Shown piece after piece: positions 1-9,021 of a stretch of DNA of 25,451 nt. The DNA is from Pseudomonadota bacterium (lineage in GTDB: Bacteria > Myxococcota > JACRCW01 > JAFGSX01), in contig JBDRCO010000015.1 of NCBI GenBank assembly GCA_043821645.1, positions 1 through 25,451 on the forward strand, given 5' to 3'. Numbering within the stretch: the stretch's first letter is position 1; every line of letters starts with the position of its first letter. The position numbers were made by a program, and so were the translations under genes. The notes under the pieces are model-generated. The model saw only the letters and a list, made by a program, of their open reading frames with translations. It searched no databases and was not told the DNA's origin.

Positions 1-405
1 CGCGCCGTCATAAGCCAGCCTGTAGCGCAGCTCGATGGGCAGGGTCAGCACCCACTGCCTCACCGGTACCGGCGGGAGCACATGCTCCACCAGCAGCGCT
101 GCGCTCTCGTTCATGCGCCGGCCTATGCAGCTCGGGCAGAAGCCGCGGCCCTTGCAGGAGTTGGCGACCACCTTCTCGGCGCCACAAACGTCGCAGATCC
201 AGCGCGAGAAGCCGCGCGCATGGATACCGCAGTCCAGGTACCTGCGCAGCTCGCCCTCGACGTGCGAGGGCAGGGAGTGGCCGTCGCGCTGCAGCTCGTC
301 GAGGAAGGTCTCGAGGTGGCCGGCCACGGCCTGGTACAGGGCAGTCTGCGCCGGCTCGTGCCGCCGGTAGCTTTGCTCCTCGATCGCGCATGCAACTGCT
401 GCCAT
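1..405 (-). mobile_element. IS91-family (rolling-circle, HUH) transposase, N-terminal Zn-binding domain; gene runs off the left edge
   Basis: Not in the ORF track. Manual translation from ATG at 405 gives MAAVACAIEEQSYRRHEPAQTALYQAVAGHLETF...RRYLDCGIHARGFSRWICDVCG...NSCKGRGFCPSCIGRRM...VLPPVPVRQWVLTLP, which has the CG..GF..CxxC..SCKxRxxCPSC and RQWVxTxP motifs of IS91-like transposases. Confidence 0.92.
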
Positions 406-464
406 GCGCAGCAGCGAGAGCAAGCGCTGTACCGGGTGCGGTGCGGTCGGCGCAACGAGCCGTG

Positions 465-496
465 ATGGTACGTGATTTTCATGACAGCGGAGGCCT
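465..496 (-). promoter_or_regulatory. Candidate transposase promoter, AGGC-N7-GTCAT-N10-TACCAT
   Basis: Minus strand reads aggc ctccgct gtcat gaaaatcacg taccat, with a good -10 hexamer about 60 nt upstream of the tnp ATG. Same spacing as the other motif copies; left half-site is weak. Confidence 0.5.
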
Positions 497-523
497 GTTC
501 AGCGGTTGCGGGCAGGCACTCAC

Positions 524-572
524 TGGCGCAGGTTGCGACAGCGGCGAGCGCTCGTTGATGCAGGTTGCGCCA
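524..572. repeat. Imperfect hairpin, candidate terIS end of the IS91-like element
   Basis: TGGCGCA (524-530) and TGCGCCA (566-572) enclose an inner stem cggcgag/ctcgttg. It lies between tnp and the truncated neighbouring gene. Confidence 0.4.
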
Positions 573-579
573 TCTTCGC

Positions 580-744
580 GTGCTCGGCCTCGGCATCCAG
601 GACGGCCAGGCCGCGGGCAGGGCCCACTTCGAGGCCATCACCACCGACGACGAGGCACGCAAGCGCGAGCTGCAGCAGCACCTCATCGACTACTGCACGC
701 GCGACACCAGGGCCATGGTGGAGGTCAGGAGGGCCTTGCTGTGA
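580..744 (+). pseudogene. 3' remnant of a DUF2779-like (RNase H-fold) gene
   Basis: Frame reads LGLGIQDGQAAGRAHFEAITTDDEARKRELQQHLIDYCTRDTRAMVEVRRALL*. The I.DG..A ... L..YC..DT.AM pattern is typical of DUF2779 C-termini. There is an in-frame stop at 556-558 and no upstream part. Confidence 0.7.
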
Positions 745-747
745 CGC

Positions 748-1086
748 TCATCCCGCCAGCTTCGCACTGACCAGACGATTCAGGCTCACCTTGGCCTCGC
801 TTGCTTCGAGCACGAGCTTGCGGTGAATCTCGGGCGGAACGCGCACGACGAAGCGCCCGCTGTAGTGCCGCGTCGCGATCGGATCCGGCACGGGCTCCTT
901 GCTGCGGATGAGGTCCGCGACGACATCCGAGGCGACTTTGCGAATCCCGCGCAGGGCAGCCTCGGGAGTCCTGGCAAGCCAGCTCAGGCTCGGAAACTCG
1001 GCACAGAGCCCGACGAACTCCCCGTCTTCCTCCGACCAGGTGACCCGGTAGCTGTAGCGGTCCGTGGACTTGCCAGCCATGTTCAA
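748..1086 (-). CDS. hicB: HicB-family antitoxin
   Basis: YRVTWSEEDGEFVGLCAEFPSLSW...YSGRFVVRVPPEIHRKL..EA...VSLN, i.e. partial RNase H fold plus RHH domain. ATGA-type overlap with hicA; start is 1086 or 1080. Confidence 0.93.
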   Translation of the reverse strand: MNMAGKSTDRYSYRVTWSEEDGEFVGLCAEFPSLSWLARTPEAALRGIRKVASDVVADLIRSKEPVPDPIATRHYSGRFVVRVPPEIHRKLVLEASEAKVSLNRLVSAKLAG

Positions 1087-1340
1087 CCCTCTCCCGGCTT
1101 CTCCTGCTTCAGCCTGTCAATGGCCTGCAGGACCTGCTTCACCTGGTACGCCTTCGCCCTTCCGCGCTCACCCTGGATGTTGACCCGAGGATCTCCAGCC
1201 CAGGGCGTGCGGTAGACCCGGTGGCTCGTGCCCTTCTGGCGCGGTTCACCGAAGAAAGCGTCGCAGACCTTGCACAGCTCCTTGAACCGCACCCCCTTGG
1301 GATTGGCCCGCATGGCTGCGACGAGATCGTCGACACTCAT
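1083..1340 (-). CDS. hicA: HicA-family toxin
   Basis: NPKGVRF.EL...FGEPRQKGTSHRVYRTPWAGDPRVNIQ...AKAYQVKQV, with the GxSH motif, directly upstream of hicB. Confidence 0.92.
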   Translation of the reverse strand: MSVDDLVAAMRANPKGVRFKELCKVCDAFFGEPRQKGTSHRVYRTPWAGDPRVNIQGERGRAKAYQVKQVLQAIDRLKQEKPGEG

Positions 1341-1346
1341 GTATCT

Positions 1347-1374
1347 ATGATATCAATAGTGACACTACAGTCAA
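1347..1374 (-). promoter_or_regulatory. hicAB sigma70-type promoter with overlapping palindromes
   Basis: Minus strand TTGACT-N16-TATCAT, followed by 6 nt and the ATG (leaderless geometry). Palindromes TAGTG-A-CACTA (1357-1367) and TGATATCA (1348-1355). Confidence 0.7.
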
Positions 1375-2930
1375 GGCCGCCTAGCTTTACGCGGCCACCT
1401 CACCCCAGCCCGCCTCCCCACCCCTCGTGCCGCCGGCACCTCCAGCATCACCACCATCTCCCCGCTCTTGCTGGATTCAAAGCACCCGTCCCCCTTTTCG
1501 AACTCGAAAGCCTGTCTTGGCTTCCCCCGTCGCCACCTTTCAAAACCCTTCCGCACCGCGCTGAAGTTCGAGACGACGGACGGCCCGAGCACCGTCAGTG
1601 GCGCCGAGTCCTTCAGCGCCACCTGAAGTGCAGCCATCACCTTCGTGAGGAAGTCGATGGGATGAAAGCCGGTCCTGTCCCCGACCTGGAAGCGGTCGAG
1701 CACCAGCACTCCTCGCTCCGAGTAATCCAGGGCGTAGATGTTGCCTATCCAGGCGTCCTTTCGAAGCACCCTGAGATTGAAGAACCTGCGGTGCGCAAGC
1801 TGCCTGCTGGCAAGCGCTGCTCCCGTCGTGCAGTCGCCCGAGTACTTGCCCTTGAACAGGTCGTGCAGGTCTTTGGTCGGATACAGGCACAGCTCGGCCC
1901 GGGCCGTCGAGAGCTCCGACGTCAGGCTTCTCCAGACCGCGGAGGGAAGCCTGGCCTGACCGAGGGCAGCGACGACGGACCTGGCGAAGGTTTTTTCAAA
2001 GAAGTCGTCGAGGGCATCGACCTTGTCGCAGAGATCTTCGAGCAGGGAGCAAAGCCTCCGGACCTCGGCGTCGTCCACCTTCTCCCTGAAGGCAGCGAGC
2101 AGGGAGTCGAGCCTGACCCTCGCCTGGGCCGCCGACCTCTGGGTGGCGATGAGGTCGACCAGGGAAGCCGCGTTGCGCCTGAAGTTCACGGGTCCACGCA
2201 GCCCCAGGATCTTGTTTCGCACCACGTCCATCAGCCGCACGAGCTGCGCGTCGAACAGCCTGGCCTTCAGGTGGCCAAGCCTTTCATCGACGACGATGTT
2301 GAGGTCCAGGATGAGCTGACCCGAGCCTTCCGCGACTTGCCGCAGGCGCGACAGCAGGGCCGTGTCGGGCGAGGTCCCGTCCGGCGCGAACAGCACGAGG
2401 GTGCACAGCGCCTTTTCAACGAAGGCACGGGCCTCCTCGTTCCTCGTCGCCAGGTGTCGACGGAGCAGCCGGGCCAGGAGCTGCTCCAGCTCACCGTGCG
2501 CCTCGAGCAGCATCTGCAAGTGGCCAGCGTGGCCCGTCTTCTCCGGAGCGTCCTCTTGCTCCGTGGTTTCTCCGAGCTGCCCCTCGAGCTGCAGCCCCTT
2601 GCCGAGCAGGGAAAGCGCCGTCTCCAGCTTGCTGTCACGAAGCTCGCCCTGTGCCTGCAGCAGCCTGTGCCGCAGCCTTTCGAGCGCCTCCAGGGTCTCT
2701 CCCTGGACCAGCACCTCGGCCAGCTCCGGGTACTGCTCCACGACGGGCCGCGGGACCTCCTCCAGCACCACGTCTATGCAGGCCGGCAGCCTGTCGAGCA
2801 GGGCAGGGCGCACGATCTGATGCCTGGCCACGAAGCGCTCCATGGCCTTGACCTCGGGCTCCGAGAACCAGCTCGGGAGCTGGCGAGCCTGCTGAACGCT
2901 CTCGATGATGTACGGGGGCAGCGAGATCAC
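1371..2930 (-). CDS. Hypothetical protein: helical/coiled-coil N-terminus, alpha/beta C-terminal domain with SGDCT motif
   Basis: 519-aa ORF with GC-rich codon usage and a GAGGAG RBS before the GTG start. Confidence 0.8.
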   Translation of the reverse strand: MISLPPYIIESVQQARQLPSWFSEPEVKAMERFVARHQIVRPALLDRLPACIDVVLEEVPRPVVEQYPELAEVLVQGETLEALERLRHRLLQAQGELRDSKLETALSLLGKGLQLEGQLGETTEQEDAPEKTGHAGHLQMLLEAHGELEQLLARLLRRHLATRNEEARAFVEKALCTLVLFAPDGTSPDTALLSRLRQVAEGSGQLILDLNIVVDERLGHLKARLFDAQLVRLMDVVRNKILGLRGPVNFRRNAASLVDLIATQRSAAQARVRLDSLLAAFREKVDDAEVRRLCSLLEDLCDKVDALDDFFEKTFARSVVAALGQARLPSAVWRSLTSELSTARAELCLYPTKDLHDLFKGKYSGDCTTGAALASRQLAHRRFFNLRVLRKDAWIGNIYALDYSERGVLVLDRFQVGDRTGFHPIDFLTKVMAALQVALKDSAPLTVLGPSVVSNFSAVRKGFERWRRGKPRQAFEFEKGDGCFESSKSGEMVVMLEVPAARGVGRRAGVRWPRKARRP

Positions 2931-2999
2931 GGGTTCTTCTCTCCTCGACCGTGCGGCACGAGGCCTCCAGGCCCCGGCCAGTCCACGACCACAGGACGC

Positions 3000-3031
3000 A
3001 GCATGCAGTGCACGTGTGACGTGTTCGGTCC
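3000..3031 (-). promoter_or_regulatory. Motif copy GGAC-N7-GTCAC-N10-CATGCT
   Basis: Minus strand ggac cgaacac gtcac acgtgcactg catgct, about 70 nt upstream of the 519-aa gene. Confidence 0.6.
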
Positions 3032-3157
3032 TGGCAGGTCAGGAAGGGGGCCACGCCAGCGGCAACGCCAGAGGCTCTGGTTCATTCAAGCGCAAAAATG
3101 CGGAGAGGAATCGTGTGGAGCCAACGGACTGGTTTGTCGTGTCGAGAAGGAATCAGC

Positions 3158-3853
3158 TCACGGCACGAAGCAGGCCCCCACATTTACGGCCATCTCGTAG
3201 CACGTCTGCGCTGGCGGGCAGGACCCAGGCACAGGAATGGCGTCTGCTCCCAAGGCATCGCGAACCGATGCATCGCCCGTGGGGTTGCAGGAGTAGCGGC
3301 AGGTGTTGCCTGCGTCACGCTGCGCGATGCGGGCACACACGAGGTTCTCCGAGCAGGGTGCTGGCGAGCAGCCCTCATCTGGAGCTGCTGCTGGCAGACA
3401 CACGCCAGCGTCGATGAACTGCGAGCCTCCGTCATCCAGCAATTGCCGGAGCTGGACACACAGCTCCCAACCCACGCATCGCGGTACCGGCTGCGATGGC
3501 TCACACGGCCGCCTGCACTCACAGCCACCGTCGGCAAGCGCCAGGGCGGTCAAGTCAGGATGGCATCCAGTGGGCGGGCAGGGTGCGCCGATCGCTCCGT
3601 CCGGGACAGGGCCGCCGTCCTGCAGGACGACTCCCGAGTCGTCATGGTGTCCGCCGTCTGGATCTCCGGCATTCCCGCACTGGCAATCGCCCCATTCGGT
3701 TCCGTCGTCATTGCAGACCTCGGAGCCGGTCACTCCGTCCGGGCAGGTGCAATCATCCCGCTCGCCGGGCTCACACACGGCTTGCGTGATGGAGCCGAGC
3801 GACGCGACGAGTCCGGCGACGAGCAAGCCGATGACCATGAGCGTGGAACGCAT
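3158..3853 (-). CDS. Cys-rich exported protein
   Basis: Start refined to ATG 3853 (GGAGG RBS). Hydrophobic signal MRSTLMVIGLLVAGLVA, then CEPGERDDCTCPDG...EVCNDDGTEWGDCQC and many further Cys. Confidence 0.78.
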   Translation of the reverse strand: MRSTLMVIGLLVAGLVASLGSITQAVCEPGERDDCTCPDGVTGSEVCNDDGTEWGDCQCGNAGDPDGGHHDDSGVVLQDGGPVPDGAIGAPCPPTGCHPDLTALALADGGCECRRPCEPSQPVPRCVGWELCVQLRQLLDDGGSQFIDAGVCLPAAAPDEGCSPAPCSENLVCARIAQRDAGNTCRYSCNPTGDASVRDALGADAIPVPGSCPPAQTCYEMAVNVGACFVP

Positions 3854-4017
3854 GACAACCTCCCCCTTGAAGCTGCCGAACGGCAGGGAAAGGCTAGCAC
3901 GGCCGTCTGTCACATCAAATACGCTCCGTACGACCGAAACTACTTCAGGTGTCGCATGGGTCCGGAACCCGTGCACCAGCGGGCGCTCTCGTTGAATCGC
4001 TCGCCGGCCTCACCACC

Positions 4018-5040
4018 TCACCCGTGCTCCCCTCGCTCCACCAGACCCCAGATCACACCCTCGCGTGCCGCCACCACCGGATCCGCCTGATCCTCGACAA
4101 GCGCCCGCGTCAGCCCCTCCCTGTGCAGGATTCCCAGGCACAGGGCGATGAGCGCATCCGAGCCATCGGGATCGTGCGTCTTGCCCCGGCCCGAGTCGTA
4201 GGTTTCGCAGAACTCCACGATGGCCGGAGCAACCTCGACGCGGACGCCCATGTGCGAGCAGAACTCGAGCATCAGCTTGATGGCCGTCTTCGGGTCTCGC
4301 TTGTACGAGGGGCAGCCGAGCGTGCGCATGGCCAAGCCCGGATACACCTCGACGGCGACCGGGCCTTTGCCAGGCCTGTCGAAGGGCAGCACCCTGTAGC
4401 CGGCCCGGCTGCGAAGCTCGTGCAGCAGCGCGTTCCCGAGCAGGGTCATGTTGAACAGCACCTGATACGAGTCCTTGAGAGGTGGTTGCGCGCCCGCGAG
4501 CACGTCCGTCTGCCGCTTGAGCCAGAAGTCCCTACCTCGCCAGCCCTTGAAGGCCGAGTAGTCGAGCCTTGGCTGCAGCGTCAGCATGCTCGCCACGAAC
4601 TCGTTGAGGGCCAGCCATGTTTCGAGCGCCCTCTCAAGTCCCACCAGTCTCGCGAACTCGAGGCTGGCGAGGAGTGACGACGGGATGGAGAAGGGAAAGT
4701 CGAAGGCCGCGACCGAGGGTCTGAGCTTCACCAGCACCTCGACCAGCTCGTGCGCGGTCCATCCAGGTGTACGCCCCTTCAGGACCCGTGCGTTGAACCC
4801 ATCCACCCCGATCTCGTAGGCGCTGTCAGCCCGACGTCTTGCCACCAGGGCAAGGATCTTCCGTCGCTGCTGCGACGGCAGGCAGGGACCGGCGAAGTCA
4901 CACCCCAGCACCAGCTCCAGGCTGCCTTCCTCTTCGAGTTCTTCCAGGGCCTGCCTCGCTCCTCTCAACGCTCCATCCTTCGACCCGACCGGCCGCTCAT
5001 GCCGTCCATGTTCCCGACGCTGTGTTTCCTGCTTGGCCAC
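4018..5040 (-). CDS. DUF429-like predicted RNase H-fold nuclease
   Basis: Motifs VLGCDFAG, AAFDFPF, VEVYP and DALIA; GGAGG upstream of the GTG start. Confidence 0.78.
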   Translation of the reverse strand: MAKQETQRREHGRHERPVGSKDGALRGARQALEELEEEGSLELVLGCDFAGPCLPSQQRRKILALVARRRADSAYEIGVDGFNARVLKGRTPGWTAHELVEVLVKLRPSVAAFDFPFSIPSSLLASLEFARLVGLERALETWLALNEFVASMLTLQPRLDYSAFKGWRGRDFWLKRQTDVLAGAQPPLKDSYQVLFNMTLLGNALLHELRSRAGYRVLPFDRPGKGPVAVEVYPGLAMRTLGCPSYKRDPKTAIKLMLEFCSHMGVRVEVAPAIVEFCETYDSGRGKTHDPDGSDALIALCLGILHREGLTRALVEDQADPVVAAREGVIWGLVERGEHG

Positions 5041-5130
5041 GTCGCCTCCACACCCCTCAAGCGCCCAGCCCAGGATCCGAGCCTCCAGGACCGGATCCCG
5101 GCCATCTACAAAGCCTGCCCTCGGCTGCCT

Positions 5131-6204
5131 TCAATTCACCTCCACCATCGAAAGCCACACCGCCTTGGCCAGGCTGACCTCCAGGCCAGGCCTGAGCAGC
5201 ACCTCCCGCACCGGCTGCCCGTCCACTTCTATCCCGTTGCTGCTCCCCGTGTCGACGAGCAGGGGGCCTTCGCCGAGGTCGATGAGCAGCGCGTGTACCC
5301 GTGACACCCGGTCGGCATCCTCGAACACCCTGTGCCCGTCACAGCGTTCGTAGCGCCCGATGAGCACGCCCTGCTTCAGCGCCGTGGCGCCCAGGCTGAG
5401 CCTCTGCATGGCCCTCTCGCTCGCCAGCTCCAGGATCCCCACCGCCGTCTCGCCTCGCTTGACCAGCGAGCCCGTGGTCGGGACCAGTCCCTTCAAGCTG
5501 GTCACGCTGGTCGAGTTCTCACGCGAGCAGGAGCCACTCAGGCACACCCCAGCGGCGAAGCGCACCGCCTGCTCGTCGAAGAACACGCGGGCAGGCAGGG
5601 TGTCGTAAGCGTCGTCAGCATCCTCGGGCCAGCTCGAGCCCTGCTCCGTGACCAGCAGGGCGAGGACCAGTGAGCCCACGCGCAGGAACACCGGGCCCTC
5701 GGCCCGCACCGCATGCATGAGGCGACCGCTCTCGTCCGAGAAGCCGAGCCCCGAGCGCAGGTCGAGCACGGTGATGCTCGCCTCGTCCTTGTTGACGCCA
5801 CGAGTCAGTACCGCGAGGTGCCTCAGCGACAGCTCGTCGAAGCTGCCAGGCAGGACCAGGTCGCAGCAGGAGTGGCGTCCGATGATGATGCTCCGGGGGT
5901 GCTTCCAGGACGATGCCACCCAGGCATGACCCACCAGCTCTCCGTCGGGGGCGAGGGCGAGGGCCAGCACGCCGGGCCTGTCGTGCATTCGCAGGGCTTG
6001 ACGGATCTGCTCCCAGGCCACCTTCCACATCGGCCTCGGATCGAAGGGCACGGGACCCTTGAAGGGTCTCGGGATCGTCGACACCCGCGTGCACTCGTCG
6101 CGCAGCGACAGTCCGACATCCCGGATGGCCACGCGGGACGCATCGAGCGACGGACAGCGCATCAGGCGGGCGATGGCACTCGGGCTGGAGATCTCATCGG
6201 CCAT
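5131..6204 (-). CDS. FHA-domain protein (two FHA-like domains)
   Basis: IIGRHSCCD...LSLRHL...DLRSGLG and LIGRYERCD...VSRVHA...DTGSSNG. Confidence 0.85.
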   Translation of the reverse strand: MADEISSPSAIARLMRCPSLDASRVAIRDVGLSLRDECTRVSTIPRPFKGPVPFDPRPMWKVAWEQIRQALRMHDRPGVLALALAPDGELVGHAWVASSWKHPRSIIIGRHSCCDLVLPGSFDELSLRHLAVLTRGVNKDEASITVLDLRSGLGFSDESGRLMHAVRAEGPVFLRVGSLVLALLVTEQGSSWPEDADDAYDTLPARVFFDEQAVRFAAGVCLSGSCSRENSTSVTSLKGLVPTTGSLVKRGETAVGILELASERAMQRLSLGATALKQGVLIGRYERCDGHRVFEDADRVSRVHALLIDLGEGPLLVDTGSSNGIEVDGQPVREVLLRPGLEVSLAKAVWLSMVEVN

Positions 6205-6242
6205 GCTTGCTCCTCGTGCTGCGGCTGATCGCAGCCCTCACC

Positions 6243-6274
6243 ATCATGACGCCCGACCCTGACAGCATCTGACA
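6243..6274 (-). promoter_or_regulatory. Motif copy TGTC-N7-GTCAG-N10-CATGAT
   Basis: Minus strand tgtc agatgct gtcag ggtcgggcgt catgat, about 40 nt upstream of the FHA gene. Confidence 0.6.
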
Positions 6275-6365
6275 CAGTCGCGACCTGGCCCGTTGATGTC
6301 GGCAGGGGTCAGCGGAGGAGCGAGTGGCTGGTCAGGACGCTTGGGTGCTTGTGTTTCATGCGGTG

Positions 6366-6383
6366 AAATGATATACATCATTT
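6366..6383. promoter_or_regulatory. AT-rich palindrome, probable operator
   Basis: AAATGAT-atac-ATCATTT immediately before the ATPase start. Confidence 0.5.
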
Positions 6384-6384
6384 A

Positions 6385-7620
6385 ATGAAAATGTATAAAG
6401 TCCGGTGGGTTGACGAACTCCTCACCTCGGCTCTGAGGGTCATGCCGGTGACCGTCGTGACGGGAGCCCGGCAAACCGGCAAGACCACGGCTGTACGCGA
6501 GCTGGGAGCAGGCAGACAGTTCTACAGCCTGGACGACATCAGCATCCTGGACCTGGCGCAGCGGGATGCGTCTCAGTTGCTGAAGAGTCGACCCGTGACG
6601 ATTGACGAGGCCCAGCGAGCTCCGGGCCTTTTCCTGGCGGTCAAGCAGGCTGTCGACGAGCGACGTCATCCCGGTGACTTCATCCTGACCGGGTCGGCCA
6701 ACCTGAACCTCGGTGACCTCGTGTCCGAGTCGCTGGCAGGCCGGGCCCTCTACCTCGAGCTTCCTCCCTTCTGCCCTGCGGAGTGGCGAGCGAGGGAGGG
6801 CAGGCTTGCGCCGCTCGATCAGCTCTTCGAGGAGAGCTTTGATCCTGGCGACTGGCCATGTGAGGAAGGCGCCTGGGCTGCCTGGTTGCTGCGCGGCGGC
6901 TTTGCTCCGTCGCTGGAGCTGGCTTCCGATCAGGACCGCGGGCTCTGGCTTGGCTCCTACGTGCAGACCTACCTCGAGCGCGACCTCAGGCAGCTCAGCG
7001 CCATCTCCAGCCTGCCGGACTTCCAGCGGCTCATGGTCCTCGCCGCGCATCGCTGCGCGAGGCTCCTGAACCAGGCAGACCTGGCGCGTGACGCAGCGCT
7101 ATCCCACGCCACTGCTCATCGCTACATCAACCTGCTCGAGGCAGGCTTCCTCATCACCAGGCTCCGACCCTACACCGCCGGTTCGGCGAGGTCCGTCGTC
7201 AGGACACCAAAGCTCCTGTGGAACGACTGTGGTCTCGCGGCGTGGCTCGCGGGGCTGCGCCGTCCCGACGACGTCATGAAGCGTCCGGACACCGGCTTCT
7301 GGCTGGAGCAGGCGATCTTCATGACACTTCAGACCTGGCGCGCGCTCGATCCTGTCGAGCGACGACTCTACTTCTGGCGCGACAAGTCTGGCCGCGAGGT
7401 GGACTTTGTCCTCGAGAAGCGTGGTCAGCTCGTGGCCATCGAGTTGAAGCTGGGTGGACAGGTGAGCGCGGGTGACGCTGATGGACTCAGGGCCTTTCGA
7501 GACTCGCTCAAGCCCGGGCAACACCTCGTCAGATCCGTTGTCATGCATGGCGGGACAGCACAGCCCCTCGGCTCGGACATCTTCGCCCTACCCTGGGGAT
7601 GGCTGGTCCCTGCTGACTGA
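6385..7620 (+). CDS. AAA_14 ATPase with DUF4143 / PD-(D/E)xK C-terminal domain
   Basis: GARQTGKTT, IDEAQ, LTGS, Y.ERD, PKL...D.GL, EVDF...AIELK. Start is 6385 or 6391. Confidence 0.92.
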   Translation: MKMYKVRWVDELLTSALRVMPVTVVTGARQTGKTTAVRELGAGRQFYSLDDISILDLAQRDASQLLKSRPVTIDEAQRAPGLFLAVKQAVDERRHPGDFILTGSANLNLGDLVSESLAGRALYLELPPFCPAEWRAREGRLAPLDQLFEESFDPGDWPCEEGAWAAWLLRGGFAPSLELASDQDRGLWLGSYVQTYLERDLRQLSAISSLPDFQRLMVLAAHRCARLLNQADLARDAALSHATAHRYINLLEAGFLITRLRPYTAGSARSVVRTPKLLWNDCGLAAWLAGLRRPDDVMKRPDTGFWLEQAIFMTLQTWRALDPVERRLYFWRDKSGREVDFVLEKRGQLVAIELKLGGQVSAGDADGLRAFRDSLKPGQHLVRSVVMHGGTAQPLGSDIFALPWGWLVPAD

Positions 7621-7800
7621 TCTCATGGGCAAAGATCACAACCTGCTACGACTGATCGCTGCCCTTTGAACGATGACGTGCGATCGTGACAGCCCCTGAT
7701 TCTCATACGCTCCACCGGGCCCCATCACGGCTCCCTGCAAGCGAGGCCTCTGCTTGTCCGCTCCTTCCAGGTAGACGGCCTTCACTGATTTGCATTCAGA

Positions 7801-7829
7801 TTGCACATTAATGTATATACGTGTAATAT
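7801..7829 (+). promoter_or_regulatory. Sigma70-type promoter, leaderless geometry
   Basis: TTGCAC-N17-TAATAT, then 6 nt to ATG 7836. AT-rich, imperfectly palindromic spacer. Confidence 0.7.
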
Positions 7830-7835
7830 GCCGTT

Positions 7836-9011
7836 ATGATAGAAAGAAACCTGTCACCAATACTGCTGGAACGGGCGACCCAGTACCCTGTGGTGACCGT
7901 CACCGGTCCACGGCAGTCCGGCAAGACGACGCTGTGTCGGGCAGCCTTTCCCAAGCACAAATACGTCTCCCTGGAGCCGCTGGACACGAGGTCCTACGCC
8001 ACCGAGGACCCACGTGGCTTCCTCCGAGAACACTCACATGGCGCCATCCTCGACGAGATCCAGCATGTCCCGGGGCTGCTGAGCTACCTGCAGGTCGAGG
8101 TGGACGAGCGACCCGAGCCTGGACGCTTCGTGCTGACAGGCTCGCAGCACTTCGGGATAGGTCAGCAAATCTCCCAGTCCCTGGCAGGCCGGGCGGCTGT
8201 GCTGGCCTTGCTGCCGCCGACGCTCGATGAGCTGCGACGCTTCGACGCTCCCTTCGACGACCTGTGGAGCGTGCTGTGCTCGGGTGCCTTCCCCCGCATC
8301 CACGACCGCGGCATCCCGGCCCATACCTGGCTTGGCGACTACGAGACCACCTACGTCCAGCGCGACGTGCGGCAGCTCCTCAACGTGGGTGACCTCGGCA
8401 GCTTCACGACCTTCCTGCGCCTGTGTGCCGGGCGCTCGGCGCAGGAGGTCAACCTCTCCTCGCTGGCAGCGGACACGGGCGTCGTCACCAACACGGCCCG
8501 GGCCTGGCTCTCGGTTCTTGAGCAGAGCTACCTCGTTATTCGCATCCCGTCCTGGCACACCAACCACCGCAAGCAGGTGGTCAAGGCTCCGAAGCTCCAC
8601 TTCATCGACACGGGGCTGCTGTGTCACCTGCTGGGCATCCACGAGCCCGGGCAGCTCGTGCACCATCCACTGCGCGGGGCCATCTTCGAGAGCTGGGTTG
8701 TCTCGGAGATCTTCAAGGCGCAGGTCCACTCGGGGCAGGTGCCGAGGCTGTTCCACTACCGGGAGGCCCGCGGGCCGGAGGTGGACTGCATCGTGGAGCA
8801 GGCAACCTCACTGAGGCTGGTCGAGGCCAAGTCGGCCGCCACCGTGTCCGAGCACTTCTTCGAGCCGCTGAGGAAACTCTCGGGTCACCTGCAAGGGCTC
8901 GCCGGGGTGACCGACGTCTCCTGCTTCCTGGTCCACGGAGGCCAGACCTCCCAGCACAGAACTGACGTCGAGGTCCTCGACTGGTCCCACCTGCACGACG
9001 CCGGCTGGTGA
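7836..9011 (+). CDS. AAA_14 ATPase with DUF4143 / PD-(D/E)xK C-terminal domain
   Basis: GPRQSGKTT, LDEIQ, LTGS, YVQRD, PKLHFIDTGL, EVD...LVEAK. Confidence 0.93.
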   Translation: MIERNLSPILLERATQYPVVTVTGPRQSGKTTLCRAAFPKHKYVSLEPLDTRSYATEDPRGFLREHSHGAILDEIQHVPGLLSYLQVEVDERPEPGRFVLTGSQHFGIGQQISQSLAGRAAVLALLPPTLDELRRFDAPFDDLWSVLCSGAFPRIHDRGIPAHTWLGDYETTYVQRDVRQLLNVGDLGSFTTFLRLCAGRSAQEVNLSSLAADTGVVTNTARAWLSVLEQSYLVIRIPSWHTNHRKQVVKAPKLHFIDTGLLCHLLGIHEPGQLVHHPLRGAIFESWVVSEIFKAQVHSGQVPRLFHYREARGPEVDCIVEQATSLRLVEAKSAATVSEHFFEPLRKLSGHLQGLAGVTDVSCFLVHGGQTSQHRTDVEVLDWSHLHDAGW

Positions 9012-9021
9012 TCTGTCCGCG

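Noticed and set aside
8-391. 127-aa ORF and overlapping ORFs from the track
   Set aside because: Wrong frames; the transposase motifs are in the open frame starting at 405.
1360-1373. TGAC-N6-GTCA at the hicA promoter as another motif copy
   Set aside because: The spacer is 6, not 7, and the -10 is out of register; better explained by a canonical -35 plus HicB-type palindromes.
1221-3200. 659-aa + strand ORF
   Set aside because: Antisense shadow of the 519-aa gene and hicA, as expected in GC-rich DNA.
5072-5103. GGCC-N7-GGTCC-N10-GATCCT upstream of the DUF429 gene
   Set aside because: Both half-sites are too degenerate to count.
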